From Acidimicrobiia bacterium (GTDB taxonomy: Bacteria; Actinomycetota; Acidimicrobiia; Spongiisociales; ZC4RG35), in the NCBI GenBank assembly GCA_012270885.1, contig JAAXHN010000043.1, positions 1-56,771 on the forward strand: a DNA stretch of 56,771 nucleotides, written 5' to 3'. The notes beneath the pieces are model-generated. The model saw nothing but the letters and a program-made list of their open reading frames with translations. It was not told the origin of the DNA and made no database searches. The position numbers and the translations under genes are program-made. Below, one piece after another: positions 47,836 to 56,771 of the stretch. Numbering within the stretch: the stretch's first letter is position 1; every line of letters begins with the position of its first letter.

Positions 47836-49074
47836 ATGGACTTCTCATATACCCCCAAGGTCGAAGCTCTCCGGGAAAACCTCCGGAAGTTCGTCGAGGA
47901 ACGGGTTATCCCGTCCGAGCCGATCTACGAACAACAGATCAGCGACTCCGGCAATCCCCATCACCATCCCCAGATAATCGAAGACCTCAAAGCTGAAGCC
48001 CGCGCGCAAGGTATGTGGAACCTGTTCCTGCCCGACGCCGAACACGGAGGAGGCCTTTCGGTAACCGAGTACGCCCCTCTGGCGGAGATCACCGGTCACA
48101 GCCCCGAGATCGCGCCCGAAGCGATCAACTGCTCGGCGCCCGACACCGGCAACATGGAGATCCTCCATATGTTCGGAACGCCCTACCAGAAGGAGCGCTG
48201 GCTCCATCCCCTGCTGGAAGGCGAGATCCGCTCCGTCATCTCGATGACCGAGCCTGATGTTGCCTCGAGCGACCCACGCAATATCCGCACGCGGATCGAG
48301 CGGGATGGAGATGACTATGTGATCAGAGGGCGCAAGTGGTTCTCGTCGGGCGCCGCCTCCCCCCGCGCCAAGATGGCGATCGTGATGGGGGTCACCAACC
48401 CCGATGCCGATCCGTACCGGCGCCAGAGCATGATCGTGGTGCCGCTTGACATTCCGGGGGTGACCGTCGAAGCCACTCCCACCGTGTTCGGATACCAGCA
48501 TCGGGGAGGCCATGCCACAATTCACTTCGACCGGGTTCGAGTGCCGGCCGAAAACCTCCTGGGCGCCGAGGGATCGGGCTTCGCCATCGCTCAGGCCCGC
48601 CTGGGACCGGGGCGGATTCACCACTGCATGCGGGCCATCGGTGCGGCCGAGCGGTGCTTTGCGATGATGGTGAGCCGGGCCAAGGCGCGCACCGCTTTCC
48701 GGAAGACCGTGGCGGAGCAGGGGGTGGTCCGGGAGTGGATCGCCGAGTCGCGAATGCGGATCGAGCAGGCCAGGCTGCTGGTGCTGAAGACCGCTTGGAT
48801 GATCGACAAGGTGGGAGTCAGATCGGCGCGGGTGGAGATCTCCGCAATCAAGGTGGTGGTGCCCGAGATGCTCTGCTACGTCGCCGACCGGGCCATCCAG
48901 GTATTCGGCGGGGCAGGCTTCACGGACGACTTCCCCCTGGCGCATTTCTACACCATGGGACGCTGGCTACAGATGGCGGACGGGCCCGATGAAGTGCACC
49001 GCCGTGCGGTGGCGCGGGCCGAGATAGGACGTTTCGAACCCGGGTTCGTCCCCGAGCCATACGTTTGGGATTGA
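47836..49074 (+). CDS. Acyl-CoA dehydrogenase
   Basis: NCSAPDTGNME, MTEPDVASSD, GRKWFSSG, QARLGPGRIHHCMR, ADGPDEVH. Confidence 0.95.
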   Translation: MDFSYTPKVEALRENLRKFVEERVIPSEPIYEQQISDSGNPHHHPQIIEDLKAEARAQGMWNLFLPDAEHGGGLSVTEYAPLAEITGHSPEIAPEAINCSAPDTGNMEILHMFGTPYQKERWLHPLLEGEIRSVISMTEPDVASSDPRNIRTRIERDGDDYVIRGRKWFSSGAASPRAKMAIVMGVTNPDADPYRRQSMIVVPLDIPGVTVEATPTVFGYQHRGGHATIHFDRVRVPAENLLGAEGSGFAIAQARLGPGRIHHCMRAIGAAERCFAMMVSRAKARTAFRKTVAEQGVVREWIAESRMRIEQARLLVLKTAWMIDKVGVRSARVEISAIKVVVPEMLCYVADRAIQVFGGAGFTDDFPLAHFYTMGRWLQMADGPDEVHRRAVARAEIGRFEPGFVPEPYVWD

Positions 49075-49091
49075 CCAAGGAAGGAACAGCA

Positions 49092-49670
49092 ATGCTGGAG
49101 TACGACACCACTTTCGACTATTTGTGCCCCTTTGCTCGCAATGCCCACGAGGCGGTGGTCAGGGGTTTGGAGGAGGGACGACCCTGGAAAGTGAATTTCC
49201 GAGCGTTCTCCCTGGCCCAAGCCCATACCGCCGAAGGAGATCCCGCGGTTTGGGAGAACCCCGCGGGACAGTCGGGACTCGAGGCTCTTCAATGGGGAGT
49301 GGCGGTCCGCGACACCTGGCCGGAACTCTTCGGCAGGACTCACCTAGCCATCTACGCCGCCCGGCACGACCGCGGTCTAGATCTGGGTGACCCCAGGGTG
49401 CTGGCTGAGGCGGTGGCGTCCGCCGGATGCGATCCGGACGCGGTGGCAAATGTTGTGGCCACGGGGGAGCCCCTTTGCAAGATCGCCGGGGAGCACATGA
49501 AGGCGGTCAACGAGTGGATGGCGTTCGGGGTGCCGACTTTCATCACCGCCGGCCAGGCGGTCTTCATCCGGTTCATGGAGAGAGACCGGCTCGACGACCT
49601 CGACCGGGCTCTCGAGCTCCTCTCCTGGAACCGGCTCAACGAATACAAGCACACCACCGTTCCCCGTTGA
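49092..49670 (+). CDS. DsbA/thioredoxin-fold protein (Rv2466c-like)
   Basis: FDYLCPFA and FGVPT cis-Pro loop; AAGGAAGGAA SD before ATG 49092. Confidence 0.8.
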   Translation: MLEYDTTFDYLCPFARNAHEAVVRGLEEGRPWKVNFRAFSLAQAHTAEGDPAVWENPAGQSGLEALQWGVAVRDTWPELFGRTHLAIYAARHDRGLDLGDPRVLAEAVASAGCDPDAVANVVATGEPLCKIAGEHMKAVNEWMAFGVPTFITAGQAVFIRFMERDRLDDLDRALELLSWNRLNEYKHTTVPR

Positions 49671-49739
49671 GCGGACTCGGGAACAGTTCTCACCTGAAGC
49701 GACGGCCGAAGCCGCGGGGTATATCTCCGAACAACCGGC

Positions 49740-50516
49740 CTACGTGACCGCGTCGTGGGCATCCACTCCCACTATCAGGGTGACCAGCCGGTCCATGGAG
49801 ATGTCCTCGGTGAGTTCAGCCACCTTCTGACCGTGCCTGAGAACGACCACCCGGTCGGCCAACTCCATCACGTGGGGCAGGATGTGGCTGATCAGCACCA
49901 CCGCCACCCCGCTCCCGGCGATCTGGCGGGCGAGCCGGAGCACCCTCGATGACTCCCGGACTCCGAGAGCGGCGGTCGGCTCGTCCATGAACATTCCCGT
50001 CTTCGCCCAGAAAGCTCCCCTTGCGACCGCCACCGACTGCTGCTGCCCGCCTGACATCTCTCCGATGGACACGCCAGTGGAGCGGGGAATGTTGACTCCC
50101 AGGGCATCTATCTGGGTGAGGGCTTGAGCTTCCATCGCCCCCCTGTCGAGCATGCCGATCATTCCGGCCAACCCCTTCCTCACAATCTCCCTTCCCAGGA
50201 ACAGATTGGTGACCACATCCCGGTCCGGAGCCAACGCCAAGTCCTGGAATATGGTCTCGATACCCAGGTCCCGAGCGTCGGCCGGGGTCCTGAGCACCAC
50301 CGTCTCGCCGTTGACTCGAACCTCGCCCGCATCCGGGGCCACGGCTCCGGCCAGGATCTTGATCAGTGTGGACTTGCCGGCCCCGTTGTCGCCGACCAAC
50401 GCGGTTATCTCCCCGGCGCGGATCTCGATGTCCACGTTGTCAAGCGCGGTGATCGGCCCGTAGGACTTGCTGAGACCTATTCCCTCAATGACAACTCGAC
50501 CCTTATCAACCGACAT
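49740..50516 (-). CDS. CUT2 sugar ABC transporter ATPase (single domain)
   Basis: GDNGAGKST, FQDLAL, MSGGQQQ, MDEPTAALG, ISH. Confidence 0.92.
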   Translation of the reverse strand: MSVDKGRVVIEGIGLSKSYGPITALDNVDIEIRAGEITALVGDNGAGKSTLIKILAGAVAPDAGEVRVNGETVVLRTPADARDLGIETIFQDLALAPDRDVVTNLFLGREIVRKGLAGMIGMLDRGAMEAQALTQIDALGVNIPRSTGVSIGEMSGGQQQSVAVARGAFWAKTGMFMDEPTAALGVRESSRVLRLARQIAGSGVAVVLISHILPHVMELADRVVVLRHGQKVAELTEDISMDRLVTLIVGVDAHDAVT

Positions 50517-51544
50517 CAGGCTTCCTCCGTTCCGGCGCGGAGTCCCCGGAAGACGCCCCTTCCCCCCAGCGTCCGCCCGGAGAGTTGATCGGTGGCCACG
50601 GCCGCCACCAGCAACAATCCCCTCGAGATGTCCTGGTAGGGCGCCGGCAGTCCCATCAGGTTGAGCGAATTGGCGATGATGCCCAGCAGCACTACCCCGA
50701 GAATCGTGCCGGTTATCGAACCGCGGCCTCCGGTCAGGGCCGTTCCGCCCACGATCACCGCCGCGATGATCTCCAGTTCCCTGCCCTGGCCGCCGTAGGG
50801 AAAGGCCGATCCGGCCTGGCTGGTGAGGACCACCCCGGCGAGCGCCGAGAAGAACCCTGAGGCCAGGAACACCCCCCAGGTGATCTTGGGCACGCTGATC
50901 CCGGCTCGGCGCGCCGCTTCGGGGCTGCTGCCCACCGCGTAGATGTGGGCGCCCACCTTGGTGTATCGCATCACGAAGCCGATCACGGCAAAGACCACCA
51001 CCGTGTAGAAGACCGGTTTCGGAATGCCGAGGGCCGATCCCTGCCCCAGGGCGACATAGGACTCGGCAGGGATGAATATGGATCTACCACCGTTTACCAG
51101 AAACGCCACGCCCCTGGCGATAAAGGCCGTGCCGATCGTGGCGATCAACGAGTTGACCCGGAACTTCACGACGATCACCGCGTTGACGAGTCCCATCAGC
51201 AGGCCCACTATCAGGGCCCCGATGATCGCCACCGGCACCGGGAGTTCCTGGACCAGGAGGGCTCCGGCGGTCATCCCCGATATGCCCATCGTGGCCGCCA
51301 CCGATAGATCGACGTTGCCTGAGATCAGCATTGGCGTGGAAACCGCTGCAACGATCCCGGTGATGGCCACCGCCCGGGCCACGTTCAGGAAGTTACCCGC
51401 CTGGAAGAAGAACGGACTGACCATGGTCATGACAATGCCGATTGCCACGATCGCCATGGCCAGCCCGAGCGAACGCCGACTCCCGCCGACGTTCGCTCGG
51501 ATCCTACGGCTGGGGCCACCCGAATGTGGCTTCGGGCCAATCAC
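50516..51544 (-). CDS. CUT2 sugar ABC transporter permease
   Basis: VDLSV, IATIG, IYAVG...AARRAGI, ELEIIAAVIVGGT.L.GGRG. Confidence 0.93.
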   Translation of the reverse strand: MIGPKPHSGGPSRRIRANVGGSRRSLGLAMAIVAIGIVMTMVSPFFFQAGNFLNVARAVAITGIVAAVSTPMLISGNVDLSVAATMGISGMTAGALLVQELPVPVAIIGALIVGLLMGLVNAVIVVKFRVNSLIATIGTAFIARGVAFLVNGGRSIFIPAESYVALGQGSALGIPKPVFYTVVVFAVIGFVMRYTKVGAHIYAVGSSPEAARRAGISVPKITWGVFLASGFFSALAGVVLTSQAGSAFPYGGQGRELEIIAAVIVGGTALTGGRGSITGTILGVVLLGIIANSLNLMGLPAPYQDISRGLLLVAAVATDQLSGRTLGGRGVFRGLRAGTEEA

Positions 51545-51570
51545 AGTTCGATAAGACCTCTAATTGGTTA

Positions 51571-52788
51571 TCAGCACTTCGCCTGGTCGATGGATGCTGC
51601 GTCCACCACCGTGGCCTGAGGATAGATCTCCGACGGGATCGGGTTCCCTTCCGCAATGTCCTGGGCGATCGCAATACCGTACTCACCCCAGAGCTGGGGA
51701 ACGAAGTCCACCGAGGTGAGGAACGTGGGATCGCTGGCACACAGCGGACCAACCGATTCCTGGGAGAGACCCACGCCACCGGCGATCGAGGTCTCGGCGC
51801 GACCCGACTCGCGGAGGGCGTTCACCATCCCCAGAGTCCGCAGGTCGTTGATGCCGAAGCCCATGATGTTCCGGGTGTCGGGATGGGCGGTCAACCAGTC
51901 GGCCACGTTGGCCTGGTCGGTCACGATATCCGAGGGGCACTCGAGTTCGTGGATGTTGTCATCACCAACATCGAAGGACTCCTTGACCACCTCCCGGAAT
52001 CCGATTATGGATGCGTAGGGACTGGTCCGGTCCTGCACGAAGGCCGAGTGGGAGCAGAGGAGCACGTCGACGTCGCCGGTCGTCCAACCCCTGCCTTCCG
52101 CCACCGCGATCAAGTATTCCGCCTGGGCGCGACCGACGGCGTACCACTCACCACCGCCGAAGAAGGGCTGTCCCTCATGCGGTACGGAGTGGGCTACGGC
52201 CGGGATACAGGCCTCTTTGTACTTGCTCATGATCGCCGGGTTCAGATTGGCGAGGACGTTCATGGAGAGGACCACATCCGGGTCATGCTGGACGACCAGG
52301 TCGGCAACCACCAGAGGCTGCTCCTCGCTCGGATACAGGTTGTCGAACTCGGTGACGTCGGTCTCCGAGGCGGCAGCCGCCACCCGGAAACTCTCGTTGG
52401 CCACGATCAGGGTGTCGAACACGTTGTCCTCCGGGGTCCAGGCAAACCGGTAATTGGCATTGCCGTCCTTGCGGAGCACCGCCTGATAGAAATCGGGGTG
52501 ATCATCGGTCTCGACGAACGAGCAACTGGCCTCGTCCCACAGCATCCAGGTTGCGGCGGCCGCCTGCTCGGCATTGGCAATGGTCGTTGGCAACTCCATT
52601 ATCACTTCGCCCAAAAGGCTGGCCGGCGCCGCGGTGGTCTCGGGCGCCGCGGTGGTCTCGGGGGCCGCAGTCGTTGCGGGCGCTGCAGTTGTTTCGGCAG
52701 CATCATCCGCGTCGCCGTTGCCGCAGGCTGAAATCACCAGGGCCAACGCCAACAACGTTGGTAATGCCGCACGTGGAAACCGTGACAT
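51571..52788 (-). CDS. Sugar ABC substrate-binding lipoprotein (RbsB-like, divergent)
   Basis: Lipobox ISAC, TTAAP linker, WLTAHPD, GIND...LG; AAGGAGGAG SD; first gene of the ABC operon. Confidence 0.82.
   Translation of the reverse strand: MSRFPRAALPTLLALALVISACGNGDADDAAETTAAPATTAAPETTAAPETTAAPASLLGEVIMELPTTIANAEQAAAATWMLWDEASCSFVETDDHPDFYQAVLRKDGNANYRFAWTPEDNVFDTLIVANESFRVAAAASETDVTEFDNLYPSEEQPLVVADLVVQHDPDVVLSMNVLANLNPAIMSKYKEACIPAVAHSVPHEGQPFFGGGEWYAVGRAQAEYLIAVAEGRGWTTGDVDVLLCSHSAFVQDRTSPYASIIGFREVVKESFDVGDDNIHELECPSDIVTDQANVADWLTAHPDTRNIMGFGINDLRTLGMVNALRESGRAETSIAGGVGLSQESVGPLCASDPTFLTSVDFVPQLWGEYGIAIAQDIAEGNPIPSEIYPQATVVDAASIDQAKC
52625..52696 (-). repeat. 4 x 18-bp tandem repeat encoding (E/A)TTAAP
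   Basis: GGCGCCGCGGTGGTCTCG is exact at 52625 and 52643, followed by two diverged copies. Confidence 0.88.
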
Positions 52789-52910
52789 AATCTCCTCCTT
52801 GAGGGTTTCGCTTCATTATTGCCAACCACCATTCCCCCTAAAGGCATAAGTAGGGTATTTTTTCCTCTACAACCCCCACTTAGACCTCTGGTAGCGTCTG
52901 TTTTGGTCAT

Positions 52911-53758
52911 ATGACCAAGCAATACTCGTGTGCCGACTACGGCTGGCCTTCACTCAAGCATCCCACGGTAATGGCGATTGCGCAGGACTTGGGATATCAG
53001 GGTCTCGACATCGGTATCTTTGGAGAAGTAACCCACGTCAATGTCTCGGACCTGGAGCGCCGGCGGCAGAAATCCGCCGGGATCAACAGGCATCTCAGCA
53101 CCATGGGTCACCAGTGCTCCGATGTGTTTCTGATACCAAGCGTCGACCTGTCCTGTTTGACCCCGTCTCATCCGGATCCGGTCCAACAAGCCGAAGCAAT
53201 CCGGATCTTTGAGCTGGCGGCTCTCCTGGACGGGAACCTGCAGGCGTCAGGTTTGACAACCTGTCCCGGCGTGATGCATGAGGGGGATACCTACCCACAG
53301 GCGCTGCGAAGGGCCGCCAAGTCGCTTCGAGCCCGGGTCGAGATAGCGTCGTGCCATGGACTCGAGTTGTCGGTTGAGCCACATTGGGGTTCCTGATCGA
53401 TACGGCCGAGAAGGTGGGGGACCTGTTGGATGCGGTGGACGGGTTGACCCTGACTCTCGATGTCTCGATAATGTTCTTTTGCGGGATGACCACCGAAGAG
53501 ATCGCCTCCTTTGCGCCGAGAACCCGGCACGTCCAGTCCCGCCCCGGCAGCCGTGACAAGGTCCAGGTACGGTTGAAGAACAATAAAACCGACTTCGGGC
53601 CCATCCTGGATTCCCTGCACGAAGCCTGCTACCGGGGGTGGATAGCCACGGAGTTCGTGTGGATGGAGAGGTGGGGATGCGATCAGGTCTACGTCACCGA
53701 GGAGTCAAGGCAGCTGCTTTCCCTCCTGAAAGGGGATTTCCGGCCGTCCGCCATTTAG
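52911..53758 (+). pseudogene. Frameshifted sugar phosphate isomerase/epimerase (xylose isomerase-like TIM barrel)
   Basis: ORF 52911-53396 (LGYQGLDIG...LSVEPHWGS*) continues in the -1 frame (LIDT..LTLD..RHVQ..YRGWIATE). One extra C at 53392-53393 would restore HWGSLIDT. Confidence 0.8.
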
Positions 53759-53777
53759 AGCCCGACCGGTTCGCCCT

Positions 53778-54806
53778 TCAAAGCTGACCTGGGAAGGAGA
53801 CCGGTCTCCCGTGACGTTCGGCTGATTCGTAGCAGGCATCCACCAGACGAAGCGTCTTCAGATTGTCCTGACCGGAGACGACCGGCTGTCTCCCCGCCCC
53901 TATGGCTTCCACTACTTCGCCCAAGCTCCGGGAGAATGCGTCCGGCACCCAGGAGGCGGGAGTCCTGGCAAGTTTTGGCGCGGAACCGGCGACTGCTTCG
54001 ACCACCGAATCCGGACTCGGATCCGGGTAGGCATCCCAGATTCCGAGATGGGCGAAAAAGAGGCTGTCGGAGGTGGCGGCCCGCAGCGAGGCTGTATGCC
54101 TTCCCTCGAGTCGACGTGAGTCCCGGATTATCACCGACAACCCGTCGAAACCGACAATCGCATAGAGCGCCGCCTCCCCGGCGATCCCCGGAATGTCGGC
54201 GGGACCCATCCAGGCCCGGACTTCCCGGGGCTCCCCGAACAGCCAACGGGAGGTGTCGAGAAAGTGGATGGAGTTGAAGAGTCCCACGAAACGGGGGGCG
54301 TCCGCCAGCCAACGCGGCAAACCTTCCCCCCGCTCGATCGGCCAGACCAGATCGAAAGAAGCCCACTCCACCGATCGACCATCGGCGAATCGCTGGAACT
54401 CCAGGATCGCCGGCGCCCATCTCATCTGCTGGTTCACTGCCAGTACCCGCCCACGCGCCTCGGCGAGAGCCACCAGTTCAGCAGCCGTCTGCAGGTCCAC
54501 CGCCAGTGGCTTCTGCGCCAGGACATGCTTTCCTGATTCCAAGGCAGCGACCACTATGTCCGGCTGGGCCTTGGGGGGTACCGCTATGTCCACCAGATCG
54601 ATCGCAGGGTCCTCCAGCAGGTGCTCGATCTCCTCGACGGCGGGAACCCCTGCGGACTCGGCCAGGGTCTCCCGCTTGGAAGAAACGACATCGAAGACCC
54701 CGCGAAGTTCCACGGTCTGCTGGTTGGCGCCGTAGGCGGGCAGGTGGCCGGCTCGGGCGATTTCGCCGGCGCCAACCAGGCCGACGCCCAGCCGGGGGGA
54801 ACTCAC
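53778..54806 (-). CDS. Gfo/Idh/MocA family oxidoreductase
   Basis: GLVGAG.IA..H, IAVPP, GKHVLAQKPLA, VNQQMRW, SIHFLD. Confidence 0.92.
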   Translation of the reverse strand: MSSPRLGVGLVGAGEIARAGHLPAYGANQQTVELRGVFDVVSSKRETLAESAGVPAVEEIEHLLEDPAIDLVDIAVPPKAQPDIVVAALESGKHVLAQKPLAVDLQTAAELVALAEARGRVLAVNQQMRWAPAILEFQRFADGRSVEWASFDLVWPIERGEGLPRWLADAPRFVGLFNSIHFLDTSRWLFGEPREVRAWMGPADIPGIAGEAALYAIVGFDGLSVIIRDSRRLEGRHTASLRAATSDSLFFAHLGIWDAYPDPSPDSVVEAVAGSAPKLARTPASWVPDAFSRSLGEVVEAIGAGRQPVVSGQDNLKTLRLVDACYESAERHGRPVSFPGQL

Positions 54807-56005
54807 GAAGCCAACCGGACCTCGTGCAGGAGTTCATCACCCTCCACCGACAGCCGTCCCAGGTTGTGGCCGTCTCCGGCAATCCCCTCGCTTATCAGGC
54901 CGACCAGGGTCTCGGCATCCTCTCCCGCTTCGATCAAGGAGGGATCAACCAGGGCCTCGATGGCGTTGCGGTACGTGCCGACTCCCCCGGCGACGTCATA
55001 GTCGTTGAGGCGCAGGTGGCAGCGCCAGTACTCCTTCCAGGCCGTTCCGGGGTCGGTCGCCTTGCCGGGGTCCATCACGGCGAACAGTTCATAGCCCGAG
55101 CTCCTGACCACGTCCTCCATGACCTGATGACCCAGCGAGTTCCTCACCTCGAGCCAGAGCAGGGCAAGCCAGAAGCGGTAGACGTCGTGGATGGCGTCGC
55201 GCCATCCGAACAGGCACTCCTCGACCAGCTCTTTCGCCTCCGCCCGGTTTCCGCCTTCCACTTGTTGAATCAACCGGTCGAGGGGATGTGTAGCTATCCA
55301 CACCAGTTGCTCGTCGGTCAGCCATCGCTTCGGACCGGCTACCTTGACCTCCAGACCCGCCCGATCCGGCAAGGGAAGATCAGCCCGTTCGTAGAACTCG
55401 TCGGGAGGGAGGTGACCGTCCTTGTAGGTGTGCTGCAGGCATATCCCCTGCTCCCGCAGCGGCGTCCAGCCTTCAACGATGAACACCGCCTTGTTGAAGC
55501 GCAGGGCGGCATGGCCCATCTCCGAGCAGTGGTTGCAATAACTCGGGTAGTCGCTCGACATGAAAGTGGAGAGAGTCGGGCGCACCGAGAGAGGTAGCGC
55601 CTTCTCGCCCTTGTATTTCCCCTCTTGGATCAAACGCATTCCGCTTCCGCATGGGCCCAGGATGAAAGTAAACCGCTCGGGATCCTCCACCAGTTCGAAT
55701 TCGGTGGCATGCCAATGCCATCCGGCCGCGATATTGTTGAGCCGCTGCATTATCGGACCCTGGGAGTACTGGGGTATCTCCCCGTCACCCATCAGATTCA
55801 GAACCACCCGCCGACCGATGGCCTCACCTTCATCGGGCCCGGCAATCTGGATCCCTTCAGCAAGCGTCCTGGCCACTGCGTTGCGGAGACCATCGTGCAC
55901 TATGACATATTCAGCTTTGAGGAGGGCAGCGATCTCTCGGCACCGGCTCGCCTCCCCGCCCTCAACTGCTTCGATCAGTTCGTCAAATCGGGTGGCGAGT
56001 GGCAA
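54803..56005 (-). CDS. Hypothetical protein with WHWH, PCGSG and YCNHC motifs and an internal duplication
   Basis: 400-aa ORF with protein-like composition; GTGA overlap with the Gfo gene. No family recognised with confidence. Confidence 0.75.
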   Translation of the reverse strand: MPLATRFDELIEAVEGGEASRCREIAALLKAEYVIVHDGLRNAVARTLAEGIQIAGPDEGEAIGRRVVLNLMGDGEIPQYSQGPIMQRLNNIAAGWHWHATEFELVEDPERFTFILGPCGSGMRLIQEGKYKGEKALPLSVRPTLSTFMSSDYPSYCNHCSEMGHAALRFNKAVFIVEGWTPLREQGICLQHTYKDGHLPPDEFYERADLPLPDRAGLEVKVAGPKRWLTDEQLVWIATHPLDRLIQQVEGGNRAEAKELVEECLFGWRDAIHDVYRFWLALLWLEVRNSLGHQVMEDVVRSSGYELFAVMDPGKATDPGTAWKEYWRCHLRLNDYDVAGGVGTYRNAIEALVDPSLIEAGEDAETLVGLISEGIAGDGHNLGRLSVEGDELLHEVRLAS

Positions 56006-56220
56006 GGCCGAGTCCTTCCGGCTTCAACGCCCTTTGGTGCGGCGATGGTTGTTGTGCTCGTCTCCGGCATGCTAACGGCTTGATCGGCCTCCTACCGGCC
56101 CTGAGTGCCGATCTTTTTCCGCGGTCCCTCCAGCGGGAAGCGACAGCTCGGGATCGTCACCAACTGATCGGCTGACCGCATAAGATCCCTTCCATCCCTT
56201 AGCAATATCTTAGCAGGAAT

Positions 56221-56262
56221 ATATCAGATTTTCTGTATGTTATGCTTTATATAATCTGATAT
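56221..56262 (+). promoter_or_regulatory. AT-rich promoter region with inverted repeat overlapping a TATAAT box upstream of hsp20
   Basis: ATATCAGATT-N22-AATCTGATAT; TATAAT at 56250-56255. Confidence 0.6.
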
Positions 56263-56290
56263 TTCTAGCATCAGCAGAAAGGAAGTGCCC

Positions 56291-56686
56291 ATGTTGGCCA
56301 GGATTAATCCCCTCTTCGAGTCTCCATCCGCGGTCTCCAACACCCTCCCCGCCGAGGTCTACCTGGTGGACAACAACTTCGTGGTGACGGTGGACATGCC
56401 GGGGATGGACCCCGAGCTGATCGATGTGGAGGTGTCCAAGAACACCCTCACCATCTCCGCCCAGCGGGACACCGCCGCCGCCCGACCGGAGGAGGCCCGG
56501 GTGTTCTTCGTGGAGCGCCCCAGCGGGAGCTTTCGCCGCCGGTTCGTGATAGGGAACGACCTCGACATCTCCGAGACCACCAGCGCCTACCAGAACGGCG
56601 TCCTCACCCTGACCATCCCGGTCGCCGCTTCATCCCGGCCCCGCAAGATACCGGTCACCAACGGCGCCAACGGATTGCCCGCCTAG
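56291..56686 (+). CDS. Hsp20/alpha-crystallin small heat shock protein
   Basis: VDMPG, IDV, LTISAQR, ERPSGSF.RRF, AYQNGVLTLTIP, RKIPV; GAAAGGAAG SD. Confidence 0.95.
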   Translation: MLARINPLFESPSAVSNTLPAEVYLVDNNFVVTVDMPGMDPELIDVEVSKNTLTISAQRDTAAARPEEARVFFVERPSGSFRRRFVIGNDLDISETTSAYQNGVLTLTIPVAASSRPRKIPVTNGANGLPA

Positions 56687-56708
56687 AGGCCGTCCGCAGA
56701 ATCGCCCC

Positions 56709-56754
56709 GCCACGGGTCGCGGCAAAGCTCCTAGACTGCGACCCGTGGCCCTTT
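56709..56754 (+). terminator. Intrinsic terminator after hsp20
   Basis: GCCACGGGTCGCGG / CTGCGACCCGTGGC stem followed by CCTTT. Confidence 0.75.
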
Positions 56755-56771
56755 CCAAAGACCTGGCGGGA

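Noticed and set aside
53380-53400. Programmed ribosomal frameshift
   Set aside because: There is no X XXY YYZ slippery site or obvious stimulatory structure; a simple deletion is more parsimonious.
56198-56216. CIRCE or HAIR element before hsp20
   Set aside because: Only TTAGCA half-matches are present, with no correctly spaced inverted partner.
1-56771. Mobile elements, prophage, tRNA or rRNA genes
   Set aside because: I recognised no transposase, integrase, phage gene, terminal repeats or structural RNA signature other than the TPP riboswitch.

Overview
A GC-rich bacterial window with about 50 CDS. It is probably actinobacterial, possibly Acidimicrobiia; this is inferred from nucS, an MprAB-like pair, TTAAP-linker lipoproteins and apparently leaderless genes. 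I see no rRNA, tRNA, CRISPR array or IS element. Layout: (1) 36-24090, a 21-gene minus-strand catabolic operon with a Liv-type ABC importer, IclR, RidA, EthD, two hydantoinase/oxoprolinase A+B + class III aminotransferase modules, a family III CoA-transferase, E1alpha/E1beta/E2, two SDRs and an M24 enzyme. (2) 26739-31819, an osmolyte locus in which a ProX-type betaine-binding domain is fused to a GluR0-like K+ channel (TVGYGD), divergent from a BCCT transporter coupled to an orphan ProX lipoprotein. (3) purB/ycaQ/purA, then an alpha/beta hydrolase and an S51 peptidase with a CysRS-like C-terminal domain. (4) A two-component system with a His-rich sensor loop, a YceI protein, and a secreted His/Asp/Glu-repeat protein preceded by four 11-bp-spaced direct repeats. 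(5) TPP-riboswitch-controlled thiBP, nucS and assorted enzymes. (6) A sugar ABC locus with a frameshifted TIM-barrel gene, a Gfo/Idh/MocA oxidoreductase, an unknown Cys/His protein and hsp20. The best candidates for undescribed systems are the betaine-binding/K+ channel fusion locus, the double lactamase-aminotransferase operon and the His-rich metal-response module. All calls are by-eye motif recognition; no database search was run.
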